From the NCBI RefSeq assembly GCF_037042905.1, contig NC_087251.1, forward strand, positions 13,456,001-13,520,000: a stretch of DNA of 64,000 nt, read 5' to 3'. Source of the DNA: Lytechinus pictus. Lineage: Eukaryota. A program made the translations under genes and the position numbers. How positions within the stretch are numbered: position 1 is the stretch's first letter; each line of letters opens with the position of its first letter. Under the pieces are notes generated by a model. That model saw nothing but the letters and a program-made list of their open reading frames with translations, was not told the DNA's origin and did no database searches. Positions 40,601-51,897 of this stretch are shown in pieces.

Positions 40601-43600
40601 ATGTTGCTTTGATCTGCCACAACCTCCTACAGAGGATGAAGAGTGGACATCTGACTGATCGAGTGTTGTCCGCCCAAACAGAGTGGGACCTGATGAAGCA
40701 CACCAGTGATCTTGGAGCCCTCGAAAGAGACAGCATTCTGTTTGATTTGACACGCAGCATGACTGGATACACTGCGGTCATGAAGTCATTGTTACACAAC
40801 GAAAACATACGAACAGCTACAGAATACGTAAGTGTTTTTTCAATTTCAATTATCCATTTGTGATATTGAAGTGACTGTCATGTTTTTTTCACATACAAGT
40901 GATTGGATTTGTAGTATTTAAATTCTTTTTGTAAGAGAGTATCAGAACAGTGACACGTGGGCATTCTATACATTGGTCGAATCCAATTGAATATTAATGG
41001 GCAGTTAATATTTTACTTCTTGCAGTTTGTATCAATTATTTAGAGGAGATTTAATTTCCTGTGGGAGGGTAAAGGCAGAAATGACAAAACATGCTGTCAT
41101 TTTTTTTTTCATGGACTATATCGTCGTGTCGGTGCAGGAACACCCTTAGCACCACATCTGAGCACCTCACTTGTGCAGAAATGCTCTTATGTCATTCTCT
41201 AGTGCGCGCTACCAAGGGCGTTTCTGGGTGCATGCAATGTGCGAAAGTGTGGTGCTAAGGGCGTTCCTGCACAGACACGACGAAATGTATGCTTGTCTTT
41301 CTAGAGAGCAAAGCCTGTCATCTGTGTACTGCATTTTCCCTTTATTGCAGAATGGAAGTACAAAATTGATTTTGATTTCTGCTTATTCTATTATTTTGTT
41401 TTGTGAAAAGCAAATTAAAAAGTTTCAATGCATGCCCATACCTAGTGCTCTTTTTATGTTTCAGACCATGGAGGTACTCTGTTGTGGGGTTTTCTTTCCG
41501 TCCTGTGTTTGTTCTTGTGATAATTAAGAACACTTGACAGATCAACTTCGAACTGAGACCGGGGGGTGTTTCATGAAAGTAGTCAGCACTGACTAAATTG
41601 TCAGTGCTGACTATTTTAGTAAAATCCTTGCTTGTGATTGGCTGAGAAGCTCTGGCCTCTGACTGTTACTATGGTAACTGTCAGAGAAAAACATCTTGTC
41701 AGTGCTGACAACTTTCATGAAACGGTCAGGTATTGATATACTAGTCGGATTGGCAGTGATCTAGCTGATTTTTTTCTATCAAGGTCAAAGGCCAAAAAAT
41801 ACATACAGGGGGATTATATATAGTTTAATCTATTTTTTTATGTGATAACTGAGGAACTGTTTGGGGAATGAACTTCAAACTTAGTTCATGTTGGATGGAC
41901 AATGATCTGTGTAGATTTTTATGGTCAAAGGTAATGTTGTAAATCGGATCAAAAATCAGATCGAAAATCGGATCGGCAGTTAAGCTTCTAAAATCGAAAT
42001 CGAATCGAAAATCGAATCGGCGATGTTTAAAAACAAAGGAATACATCAAAATGTTGTTCGCGGTCGCGCGCATCTTCCTGACAAAGTCACAAAGACGAAT
42101 GCATTGGAATGGAAGTCGCCAACATGCGCGATCGTTTGGAACATGTTTTAAAGCCAGTGGTTATTGCTTTAAAATAAACCGAGTGATTTTTATTAGAAAG
42201 ATAAATGAAAGACGCATCTTCCGAGCAAAGGCGCAAAGGAAAATAAAATGAAAATATTTCTCATAGATCACAGGTTAATGAACGATCGGCGGGACATCTT
42301 TTAGATGTATTTTTAGGTGCTAGCGATTTAGAATTATTGGAATGATCTCTTACGACGCATCATCTTAAAGTCGCAAGTGCAATGAAAATGAAGTAGAAGA
42401 CGCAAGCACGCACGATGATTTGAAATATGTTATTAAAATGTTTTGGGTAGCTAGCGTTTTCAAATCAGTTTGAAGTTCACGGCGGGGTCCGCTATCACCA
42501 CGAGGTTGAAGAGAAGATTTATATCATCATAAAGGGGGTAAGAGAGTAGCGCAGTGAGCTCCGTCGGTAATACGACCTTTCAAAGTTCACGGCGGCTTCC
42601 GCTATCACCACGAGGTTGAAAATAAAATGTATATCATCATAAACGATGTAAGGGAGTAACTCAATAAGCTCCGTCAATAGTACAGTCTTTAAAAGTTTAT
42701 GGCGGGGTCCGCTATCACCACGAGGTTGAAGAGAAGATTTATATCATTATAAAGGGGGTAAGAGAGTAGCGCAGTGAGCTCCGTCGGTAATACGACCTTT
42801 CAAAGTTCACGGCGGCTTCCGCTATCACCACGAGGTTGAAAATAAAATGAATATCATCATAAACAATGTAAGAGAGTAACGCAATAAGCTCCGTCAATAG
42901 TACAGTCTTTAAAAGTTTATGGCGGGGTCCGCTATCACCACGAGGTTGAAGAGAAGATTTATATCATTATAAAGGGGGTAAGAGAGTAGCGCAGTGAGCT
43001 CCGTCGGTAATACGACCTTTCAAAGTTCACGGCGGCATCCGCTATCACCACGAGGTTGAAAATAAAATTTATATAATCATAAACGATGTAAGAGAGTAAC
43101 GCAGTGAGCTCCGTCAGTAATACGACCTTTCAAAGTTCACGGCGGCATCCGCTATCACCATGAGTTGGAAGAGAAGATATCTATCCTCTTAAACATCGCC
43201 ATAGATAATACCGCGTCTTTCTCCCTGAATAATGCGACCTCTAAATAGCTAGCACCTCAAAAACAATCTTGAAATATGTTCTGAGCGATCACGCACTGTA
43301 ACCAGATCTACGCCGATTTTTTATTTTCGATTTTTTCCTTCAAGGGGCATGATCGAAGATCGGCAAGTGATTGCCGATTGTGGTGAAATCGAATGGAATC
43401 GGTTGCCGATTGCAAAATCGGTTACAAGCTTAGTCAAAGGTCACAGAGGTCATGATACATGTAGACCTGCAAAAAAAATTTGTTCGTAATAACTAAAGAA
43501 CCGTACTAAGGATCAACTTTAAACTTGGCTCATGTAATGCATGCAGGTGTGATGATGATATGATCAGAGTTTGCTTTCACAAGGTCAAAGTTCACAGGAT

Positions 43601-44643
43601 GATTATTTGGAGAGTTTAGAATTCATGTACCGGGGTAGTTAAATTTTTGTTCTTTTATTTTCATTTCTCTATTTAGTTGTCACACAATCGGGAATGCAAT
43701 AGTGGCCTCCATTGGGACAAGTTTAATGAGACTGTTAGTATGAAGATCATTGCCAGTGTTCAGTATATCAAGAAAATACCAGGTAAATATTGTAAATAGT
43801 TTATTATAATCTACTATTCAAATGATCAGGGAAACATTTAACCCACAAATTTAGACGGTTTTGATGCTTAAAAGCGAAAGAAGGCTTATTCAGCCTCCCC
43901 CAGTTCTTGGGTGTGACAGCACGATTAGGATGAGAATTGTTGCCAGTATTATAATCTTCAAAACTAAATCAATATTTTTTTCCCCAAAAAAGGATTTCTT
44001 TTTTTGTGTTCAAAGGAATTTTTTTTAGCTCTCGATCACTATTCAAATGGGATAGTTTTTTGTCAAGACACTCTGTACAATTTCAAAGGATAATGCTTTT
44101 TAAAAAATTTGGGATTTTTTTGTGTTTTCTAATGAAAATCTTTGTTTTTCAATTAAGAAGTCATCAATAAAAATTCATCCTCAAGAACCTGATAATTGTT
44201 TTCACCACATTTTGTGCATTTGTTGTCATGAATGACCTTGGAGTAGGAGAAAGAAGAAAGAGGGTAGGATGAGAAGGAGAAGAATAGTTGATACAATGTC
44301 ACCCCCTTGAACCTGATTATTTCTGTTCCTTTTTTCCGCAGGATTTGCATCCATCGACATGAATGACCGTATAAACCTGATAAAGCACAGCGTATTCCCT
44401 ATTATCCTGGTCCACAAAGCTTGGAAGATGGGTGAGGAATGGAAGTGGATGGAGGATACGTTCTACACTAATGCCTCCCTACGCAGGATGTCTGATGGCT
44501 TTAAGGACATGACATATTCTTTCATCAACCAGTTCAATTTGGCCAGCTTTGATAGCATCGAGGTGGCACTTCTCATGATACTGGTAACGCTTAATCCAGG
44601 TAAGCTTCTGTTTCTAGGAATGGGAAGGGGGAGGGAGAGAGAG

Positions 44644-44675
<32 letters not shown>

Positions 44676-47600
44676 CACTTACACACATAGGCAACTGAGG
44701 CAAATTGTTCATCGAATTGTTTTGTACTTATAAACACAATTTATTTATGAGTGTGAGCATATCTTCTGGACAGTGGTGTGTTGTGTGTGTGTTTGTGTGT
44801 GTGTTAGGGCGGGAGGGTAGAGGGGGAAGATTTGGTGTTTAAGCATTTTTAAAATAACTGATTTCATTGTTTTCTTTTAAGATATATATGATTCATGATT
44901 ATATTAAGTTAGTGAAAAAAGTGAAAATATGAAATGTAAAGTATTATATGTGATTTGAAATGTTAAATTAAAATGTTATGTAACTATTTGTTCATGAAAT
45001 CAGAATAAAAACAGTATTCAAAACAAAAAAAACTGAGGACTCACATACTTCACATTTGTAACGAGAACATGCAACAAACTGACATTATCCGCAGTGCAAA
45101 TTATATGCTTTGTATGTTTGGGTCCAGTTAAAAATTTCTCAGTTAACATTGATTCGGCTGTATCATGAAATTTCATTTGGTCTTCAGTTGACCTCAATCC
45201 TTCTAACAACATGGTTTTGAAAGTCTGACGATGTAAAAAATTACAATAAAATTGAAATTTTGATGTTTTTGTATGTCGACTGAAAAAGGGTTTGTGGGGG
45301 TGGCTAAACTTCCAATCCCCAGTTCCGCATCCTATGCATAAAATTCTTGATTATGTAGTAACAATAGTCTTCTGCAAATAGATTTGTGTGTTTGTCAGTC
45401 AAATATAACTGTTTCTATTCATTACTCTCTGAAAGACCTGACTCAGGGCTCAAAATTTTGTACTCTAAATCGGTAGTCAATAACTGCCACATGTGGCTAG
45501 ATTGTTATTATGAGAGAATTAGGGATCCAATTGTCGTTCGTCCGTCACAAGCCTTATGACACATAACCCCACAACCGTAAGTCACTTTTCAACCAAACTT
45601 GGATGGTAGATGGACTTGGGAGACCTGCATGTTATGCTGCAGTCAGAGGTCACATGGTAAGGTCAAAGGTCATTTTCAGGTCAACGTTAAAGTTTACATG
45701 CAAGACTCTCTTATGACACCTAACTCTGCAACCGTAAATCACTTTTCAACCAAACTTGGATGGTAGATGGACTTGGGGGAACCTGCATGTTATGCTGCAT
45801 TTGGAGGTCACATGGTAAGGTCAAAGGTCATTTTCAGGTCAACGCTATAGTTTACATGCAAGACTCTCTTATGACACCTAACTCCGCAACCGTAAATCAC
45901 TTTTCAACCAAACTTGGATGGTAGATGGACTTGGGGGGACCTGCATGTTATGCTGCATTTGGAGGTCACATGGTAAGGTCAAAGGTCATTTTCAGGTCAA
46001 CGCTAAAGTTTACATGCAAGACTCTCTTATGACACCTAACTCAGCAACCGTAAGTCACTTTTCAACAAAGTTGGATGGTAGATGTACTAAGGGGACCTGC
46101 ATGTTATGCCACAGTCAGAGGTCACATGGTAAGGTCACTTTCAGATCAACGTTAAAGTTTACGTGCAAGACTCTTATGACATATAACTCTGCAACCGTAA
46201 ATCACTTTTCAACCAAACTTGGATGGTTGATGTACTTATGGGACCTGCATGTTATGCCACAGTCAGAGGTCACATGGTAAGGTCAAAGGTTATTTCCAGG
46301 TCAGCGTTAAAGTTTATTTGCAAGACTTTCTTATGACACATAAATCCACAACTAAGTCACTTTTCACCCAAACTTGGGTTGTAGATGTACTGAAGAGACC
46401 TGCATATCATGGCGCAATCAGAGGTCGCATGGTAAGGTCAAACATCATTTTGAGGTCAATGATATGACCCATAACTCTGCAACCATAAGTCACTTTTATA
46501 CCAAACTTGGGTTGTAGGTGTACTTAGGAGACCTGCATATTATTGTGTTTGGAGGTCACATGGTATGGTCAAAGTTCATTTTGAGGTCAACATTAAAGTT
46601 TACGTGCAACACTCTTATGACAAGTGTTAAATTCCATCCCAGTCATTTCACAATGAAGTTTCGATACAATTCTGTTGCGTGCCCTCGCAAATCACGATAT
46701 TTCTGGGTATTTTCATAAGTAGGCAGGACACAAAATCGCTTATGCCTTGTCTTGCTATTGATGTGGTTGTCGAGATTATATATATATTTCTGCAAAATTC
46801 TTATACTATGTGCTGTGCAGTGTGTGAAATGCCACATTTAAATTCTAATTTGTAAAAAATGCATTCATTGATTACAATACCTACTGATCCATTCTTTTGG
46901 AGCTGGGTCAACTTACTTGGGTGACTGTGCTAGATATATCACATTAACAAAGAACTGTAACTGGAAATACTTGTTGACTCTTTGTCTGAGATGGACCAGT
47001 CACCTAGCAAGCCAGCAAACAGTGATGTCTGATTGTTTTTCTTACTCACAGATTTGGAGGGCTTAGTGAACAAGCAGGCTGTTCTTAAACTTCACAAGGA
47101 TTATCGCACCATTATGCAGAATTACTGCCTTGGTATGTAAAGGTGTTTAAAGGAAAATGTAACCTTGGAAACAAGTTAGCTTCTGTGAAAGCAAAAAAAA
47201 AAAGATCAATTACAAAAATTAATGAAAGTTTGAAGAAAAATTGAACAAGTGATAATTTTATGAGCATTTGAATGTTAATATCACTAATTATGTGGACATC
47301 TTCCCATTGGTAATGCAACCAACATGTGTGATGTCACTTTGGTACAACTCCCCAAATATTTTCTACATATTTTACTACATTTGTGACTTTTATCAAGTCT
47401 ATCCATATTTCAGGGCCCTTTTTCATAAAATGTTGCTATGATAGCAAGTCGTGCTTGAATGTCGAGTACCATGACAACAGTGAAAATTCTGTTTTTTGAT
47501 AGGATCTTCCATTGAAAGGTGATATTCCAATAAGAGTTGGTATTATAGCAACTTTTTATGAAATGGGGCCCAAGTGTTCTTTATTATCCATGTCATGCGA

Positions 47601-48731
47601 AGACATTGAAAGGTTTAATAGACAAAGCATTAGTTATTTCAACAGTCAAATGCTCATAACTTTCTCAATGTCTGCCCAATTTTTCTCACACTTTAATTGA
47701 TCTTTTTTCTTTGATTTTTATGTTTTCATATAAGGCAACATGTTTCAAGGGTTTCATTCTCCTTTAAGATTTATTGTTCAATTAATTTTTAAACCTTTTT
47801 TAAGCAAGGGTTGTTTAAATTTAAATTTAAGATGATTATATTTATGTTAACTTGTTTGATTTTTTTTAGGGGGAGGGATCTTAGCTTTATTGGTAATAAA
47901 TTTCTCATTTCTTATCCTAAGTGTCATTAAAAAAAAATGTAAGTGCAAAGAAATTCAATTATTCATCTTTTTATTTCTGCTTCCCCAGCGTTATCTTATG
48001 TGTTGGGTTGTTTTTCCATTCTATTGTTTATATGGTAAAGAAAATTCTTGAGGATGACACATCATTTATTGCACTGAGAAGAATCCTATTGCCCCAAAAA
48101 TGTCTCTGCTCATATAAGGCAGTGACAGGGGTCTTCCAAAAGATGATAAACCATATCATTGAAAATATCTGAAAAGTAAACTTGGAAGGCTTTATGCCTA
48201 TGAATTTCCTTTCCATTGAAGTAAAAATCTTGTGATCTATCTATGCTTCTAAAGCAAGTCATTCTAATGAGAGTGATGTAATAAACTATTTAAGATAGTC
48301 ATAACATAGGCAAGCATTTATAGAAAATGCATAGAAACCCACAAACAATTTGACAGCTTGAATTAAGATACAAGGCATATACAGCTTTGCCAATGTTTAT
48401 TTATCTGTGAATATATTTATACGTAAAATCCCATATCATTGACTTTGTCAGCAGGCTATATACAATATTTTTATCATTCTTTGGTTTGTCATATTGGGTC
48501 AATAAATGTAAAATTTCATTGTTCAGATTTTTTAATGGTTTTTGGTATTTTCATTCATACTCCTTTATTTCTCCAGAAACACATGGCAAATTGGACAACT
48601 ACTTGATCATGTTACAGTTTGTGCCCTATCTCTCCAAAATTGACCTTGTCCACAAACGATCCATACGGCAGTGTGAACATTCTACTTTCTCCATGCCGGC
48701 TCTCTTTGCAGAAATAAATCTGTCTTCATAG
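25627..48731 (+). CDS. Nuclear hormone receptor with two tandem DNA-binding domains (2DBD-NR). Spliced CDS join(25627-25657, 34752-35089, 36302-36446, 37419-37525, 38094-38235, 39137-40827, 43677-43782, 44342-44599, 47052-47132, 48577-48731), ~1017 aa
   Basis: Manual splicing: all introns are GT..AG, phases are consistent, and the total is 3054 nt ending in TAG. DBD1 reads [52 protein letters not shown]2 reads [49 protein letters not shown]. The LBD signature is [22 protein letters not shown] and the C-terminus is [11 protein letters not shown]. The first exon is less certain. Confidence 0.93.
27146..27990 (+). mobile_element. HINE copy 3 (in the probable first intron of the NR gene)
   Basis: TTTTTTGTCTCACCTG ... 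CCAGAGGCGCTCCACTTGTT. Confidence 0.8.
28986..29590. mobile_element. TTAA-flanked MITE (Kolobok-like termini)
   Basis: TTAA|AGGGGAATCCAACC ... GGCTGGATTCCCCT|TTAA. Confidence 0.85.
29624..29907 (+). mobile_element. Internal HINE fragment
   Basis: Contains TAGTTCATGAAACTTGG, AGGGTCAATGAACTTTGG and other unit sequence. Confidence 0.7.
33506..34086. mobile_element. Palindromic TTAA-type MITE
   Basis: TGGTCCGGGCTGAAA ... TTTCAGCCCGGACCACCCCT|TTAA with ~190-bp inverted arms; same family as 58364 and 62931. Confidence 0.85.
34752..35089 (+). CDS. 2DBD-NR exon: Ser/Pro-rich A/B region plus first zinc finger of DBD1
   Basis: Acceptor TCTTTTAACAG; encodes [24 protein letters not shown]; donor AAG|GTTTGT. 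Confidence 0.92.
36302..36446 (+). CDS. 2DBD-NR exon: second zinc finger of DBD1
   Basis: TTTAG|AGC; encodes [48 protein letters not shown]; donor G|GTAAGC. Absent from the ORF track. Confidence 0.95.
37419..37525 (+). CDS. 2DBD-NR exon: inter-DBD linker plus first zinc finger of DBD2
   Basis: TCTTACAG|; encodes [36 protein letters not shown]; donor AAG|GTAAGT. Confidence 0.95.
38094..38235 (+). CDS. 2DBD-NR exon: second zinc finger of DBD2
   Basis: TTTTCCCAG|; encodes [47 protein letters not shown]; donor T|GTAAGT. Confidence 0.95.
39137..40827 (+). CDS. 2DBD-NR large exon: C-terminal extension of DBD2 (CIKLGR), long Ser/Pro-rich hinge, start of LBD region
   Basis: TTCACAG|GT ATC AAG TTG GGA AGA; 1691-nt open frame (ORF 39145-40863); donor TAC|GTAAGT. 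Confidence 0.92.
41121..41283. mobile_element. Small MITE
   Basis: TCGTCGTGTCGGTGCAGGAACACCCTTAGCACCACA / TGTGGTGCTAAGGGCGTTCCTGCACAGACACGACGA. Confidence 0.75.
41561..41727. mobile_element. Small MITE
   Basis: GTTTCATGAAAGTAGTCAGCACTGAC / GTCAGTGCTGACAACTTTCATGAAAC. Confidence 0.75.
42473..43195 (+). repeat. 110-bp tandem satellite (~6.5 units) with an alternating A/B higher-order structure
   Basis: GGCGG..TCCGCTATCACCA starts at 42481, 42591, 42701, 42811, 42921, 43031 and 43141. Confidence 0.92.
43677..43782 (+). CDS. 2DBD-NR exon: LBD helix 3 region
   Basis: TTTCTCTATTTAG|; encodes [35 protein letters not shown]; donor G|GTAAAT. Confidence 0.9.
44342..44599 (+). CDS. 2DBD-NR exon: LBD signature (about helices 4-8)
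   Basis: TTTTCCGCAG|; encodes [25 protein letters not shown]...[17 protein letters not shown]; donor G|GTAAGC. Confidence 0.92.
44636..44675 (+). repeat. (GA)n(GT)n microsatellite
   Basis: Direct reading. Confidence 0.9.
45505..46755 (+). mobile_element. Second HINE-like family with ~158-bp tandem units (~7)
   Basis: AACCGTAARTCACTTTTCAAC recurs at ~45573, 45730, 45888, 46047 and 46193; units contain GAGGTCACATGGTAAGGTCAAAGGTCA. The termini are uncertain. Confidence 0.65.
47052..47132 (+). CDS. 2DBD-NR exon: LBD helix 9 region
   Basis: CTTACTCACAG|; encodes [27 protein letters not shown]; donor G|GTATGT. Confidence 0.88.
47147..47767. mobile_element. TTAA-flanked MITE
   Basis: TTAA|AGGAAAATGTAACCTTGGAAACA ... 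TGTTTCAAGGGTTTCATTCTCCT|TTAA. Confidence 0.8.
48577..48731 (+). CDS. 2DBD-NR last coding exon: LBD helices 10-12 with AF-2-like motif
   Basis: TTTATTTCTCCAG|; encodes [51 protein letters not shown]. Confidence 0.9.
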
Positions 48732-51008
48732 TTCAATATTGATTTTCTTGAAGAAACAGGGCAGGTTAGTTGAAGACATCATTAGATTCTTCTGTCAGTC
48801 AGGTTAGGCAGAGTTGAAAAAAAAAATATGTGTGTATTCTTCAAGTCTTGTGTGTATCAGAAATTGTGTAACAATATTCCTAAATGGATGACAGGTAATC
48901 ATGTTTGTTTTGTTATCTAGTTGTAGAGTAAATATGATGTGATTACCTAGGATCTGTAGGAACCATTTCTTTAAAAATCTCCTCAAAAAAGGTTTATTTC
49001 TTGAGACTCCTATCTTATTATTCCATTATCTAATGATTGCCATTTTTATTTGATAAAATGAATGCAGTCTCAAATTAATTTAAAGGAAACCAAAGGATTC
49101 ATGTTTGAAGGTAGAAAATGCTTGCACCTTTTGAGAAAACAAGATTTATTTTACTAGTCATGTTAAATCTTTCAAAAATTTACCTCCAAATTGCACTTAA
49201 TTGAATCTTATTAACTAAAGCACATTAGAGGGGAGGGAAATTTGTTTTCTTTAAACAAAACTTGTTCTGAATATTTTAAAATAATTGAGTGACCATATTG
49301 TATGAGGCCATCTTTGAAATTGTAATGTAATTTGTGAATTCAGAGGCACGCAGTGTATACCCAGCTTTGATACACAAGAATATGCAAAATATGGCCATTG
49401 TCTAAACCAAAATGAAAATTTGTTTAAAAGATAATTTTCTAATTTGTGTGTGTGTGTGTGTGTATTTGATGTCATAATTGTTCACCATGGAATGAAATGA
49501 ATCACATTTGTATAATAATTTGTGTGTGAAAAAAATTCAATGAAAGAAAAAGACCGAAGTGTACTATAAAAAACCAGGGAGATGTGCACAATGTGTTTGT
49601 GCCTTTTGATTACCTCAAATATTTTTCATTATTTTTTTTAATTATACAATAGATTTTTTCCTGACATTTTGATCGGCTCATTGCTGGTGGCATGTTCTGT
49701 TTGACGCTGAGTTGTAAACAAAATTTGTCAAATTGTGTAGTATAAAGATTTGTTTATTGTGACTAGCAATGTTGTTTAGAATTAATTATATGTCAGTGTA
49801 CAGAGAGTAGTCATTGGGAACTAAATGGATAAGTGTATATGTACTCTTTCTGATTGAAGTAAGCACATGTATTGGCATGCACGTACAGAATGAATACGCA
49901 AAGTAGTGTTTGTCACACAAATAATTTTTGCAATGATTGATCCTTATGGACCTGTACACTTAAATTGATATTTTCCATCGCCTGTACACACCACCGTGTA
50001 AATGTAAATGCCTATAGATATACATCGTTAAAGGATTGCAGATTTGATACTTACCAGATGCTCTACATCCTTTCACGAGACTCCCATTGTAGCTTTGCCT
50101 CCAATGGTTATTACCATGGAAACCTTAATTTGTTGCCATGGTTATTGTCATGGTTAACCATTAATGGTTCATCATTAACATACAAACCATAATTTTGATT
50201 AGCTGTTGAGCGATTTTTGCGATGGTAGTTGCCATTGATAACAATTACCATCAGTGGTTTTCTGTAACCATGGAAACCATTTTGTGTGCTGTTGATCGAC
50301 ATTGCCATAGATAACAGGATTCCTGTCAGTGGTTCATAGTGACGGAAACAATTTTGATAGTCTGTAAAGTATGCTGCCATGCTAAATGGAGGAGTCCTCC
50401 TTAAGGGTTCACTGTAAACAGTCCAAGGCTTTATCCTACCCCCAGGACTTCAACTATAAAGTATATGTGGGCTCAATCCAAAATTTACCCCCCCCAAAAA
50501 AAAAAAAAAAAACACCCAGTAATTGATGCTACATTGTGTGTTACTGTACATCACCAATGTAATCTTCATTCTTGCTCCATTTTATGAGGATCATTTCACT
50601 TATCAAACAAAACATTTAAGGATGTTCCCCAGTTAAGTTTGTGTGCACGCTGATCTGTGCGCGCAATGACTTCACAATGAATGAATAGGTGATCCATTCA
50701 TGTCACGTATCAGCTGATTTTACCTGTGGTCTGCACTCTAACTGCAGATCTAATCTATTATTTTATGAAGCTATTAGCTGAAAATAATCCACAGACCCAC
50801 TTTCGAAATTCCTATACAACTTCAGAGTATTTTCTTCTGAAGAGCTGCAAAGTATGACGAGTATGGCCTCGAATTTGAATAAATGGGAGAGTGGTTTGGA
50901 ATTTTTATCACACAGATATTATGCCATTGGCTCATTTTAGAGTGTTTTACAATCACATTAGCTACAACAAAAGTGCTGATAGTTTGAAAACAAGCACGTG
51001 AACCCCCA

Positions 51009-51897
51009 TTTTTGTCTCACCTGCATAGCAGAGTGAGACTATTAATAGGCGCCGCTTTTCTGACGGCGCCGGCGGCGTCAACATCAAATCTTAACCGAAG
51101 GTTAAGTTTTTGAAATGACAGCATAACTTAAAAAGCATATGAAAGTAGTTTATGAAACTTGGACATAAAGTTAATCAAGTATCACTGAACATCCTGCCCG
51201 AGTTTCAGGTCACATGACCAAGCTCAAAGGTCATCTAGGGTCAATGAACTTAGACCATGTTGGGGGAGTCAATATCAAAATCTTAACCTAAGGTAAGTTT
51301 TTGAAATGCCATCATAACTTAGAAAGTATGTGTAGCTATTTCATGAGAGTTGGCCATAAGGGTAATCAAATGTTACTAAACATCCTGCCTGAGTTTCAAG
51401 TCACATTACCAAGGTCAAATCTCATTTAGGCATTTTAGGGTCAATGAACTTTGGCCAAGTTGGGGATATTTGTTGAATTACCATCATAACTTTGGAAGTT
51501 TATGATCTGATTCATAAAACTTGGACATGAGAGTAATCAAGTATCACTAAACATCCTGTGCAAGTTTCAGGTCACATGACCAAGGTCAAAGGTCATTAAG
51601 GTCAATGAACCTTGGCCATGTTGGAGATAATTATTAAATTGCTGTCATACCTTTCAAAGTTTATGGATATAGCTTATGAATTGTGGACATAAGGTAATCA
51701 AGTATCACTGACAAGTCTTAGTTCACATGATCAAGGTCAAATGTCATTTAGGGTCAATGAATGCACAGTAGTATTGTTTCATTACATGAATGGTGTTTTT
51801 TGTGAATAGTTATGTTAAAGTAGTTTTGTAAGTCAGCACTGCTGCTATATTGAATTGCGTAATGCAGGTGAGACTGCCAGAGGCGCTCCACTTGTTT
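51009..51897 (+). mobile_element. HINE copy
   Basis: Both subTIRs and the central units are present. Confidence 0.8.

Noticed and set aside
42473..43195. CRISPR-like regular repeats
   Set aside because: The whole 110-bp unit repeats with no unique spacers, there are no cas genes, and the context is a eukaryotic intron.
45918..46718. ORFs within tandem units (also 21080, 51754, 52974, 62821)
   Set aside because: Chance ORFs in non-coding HINE repeats with no protein motifs.
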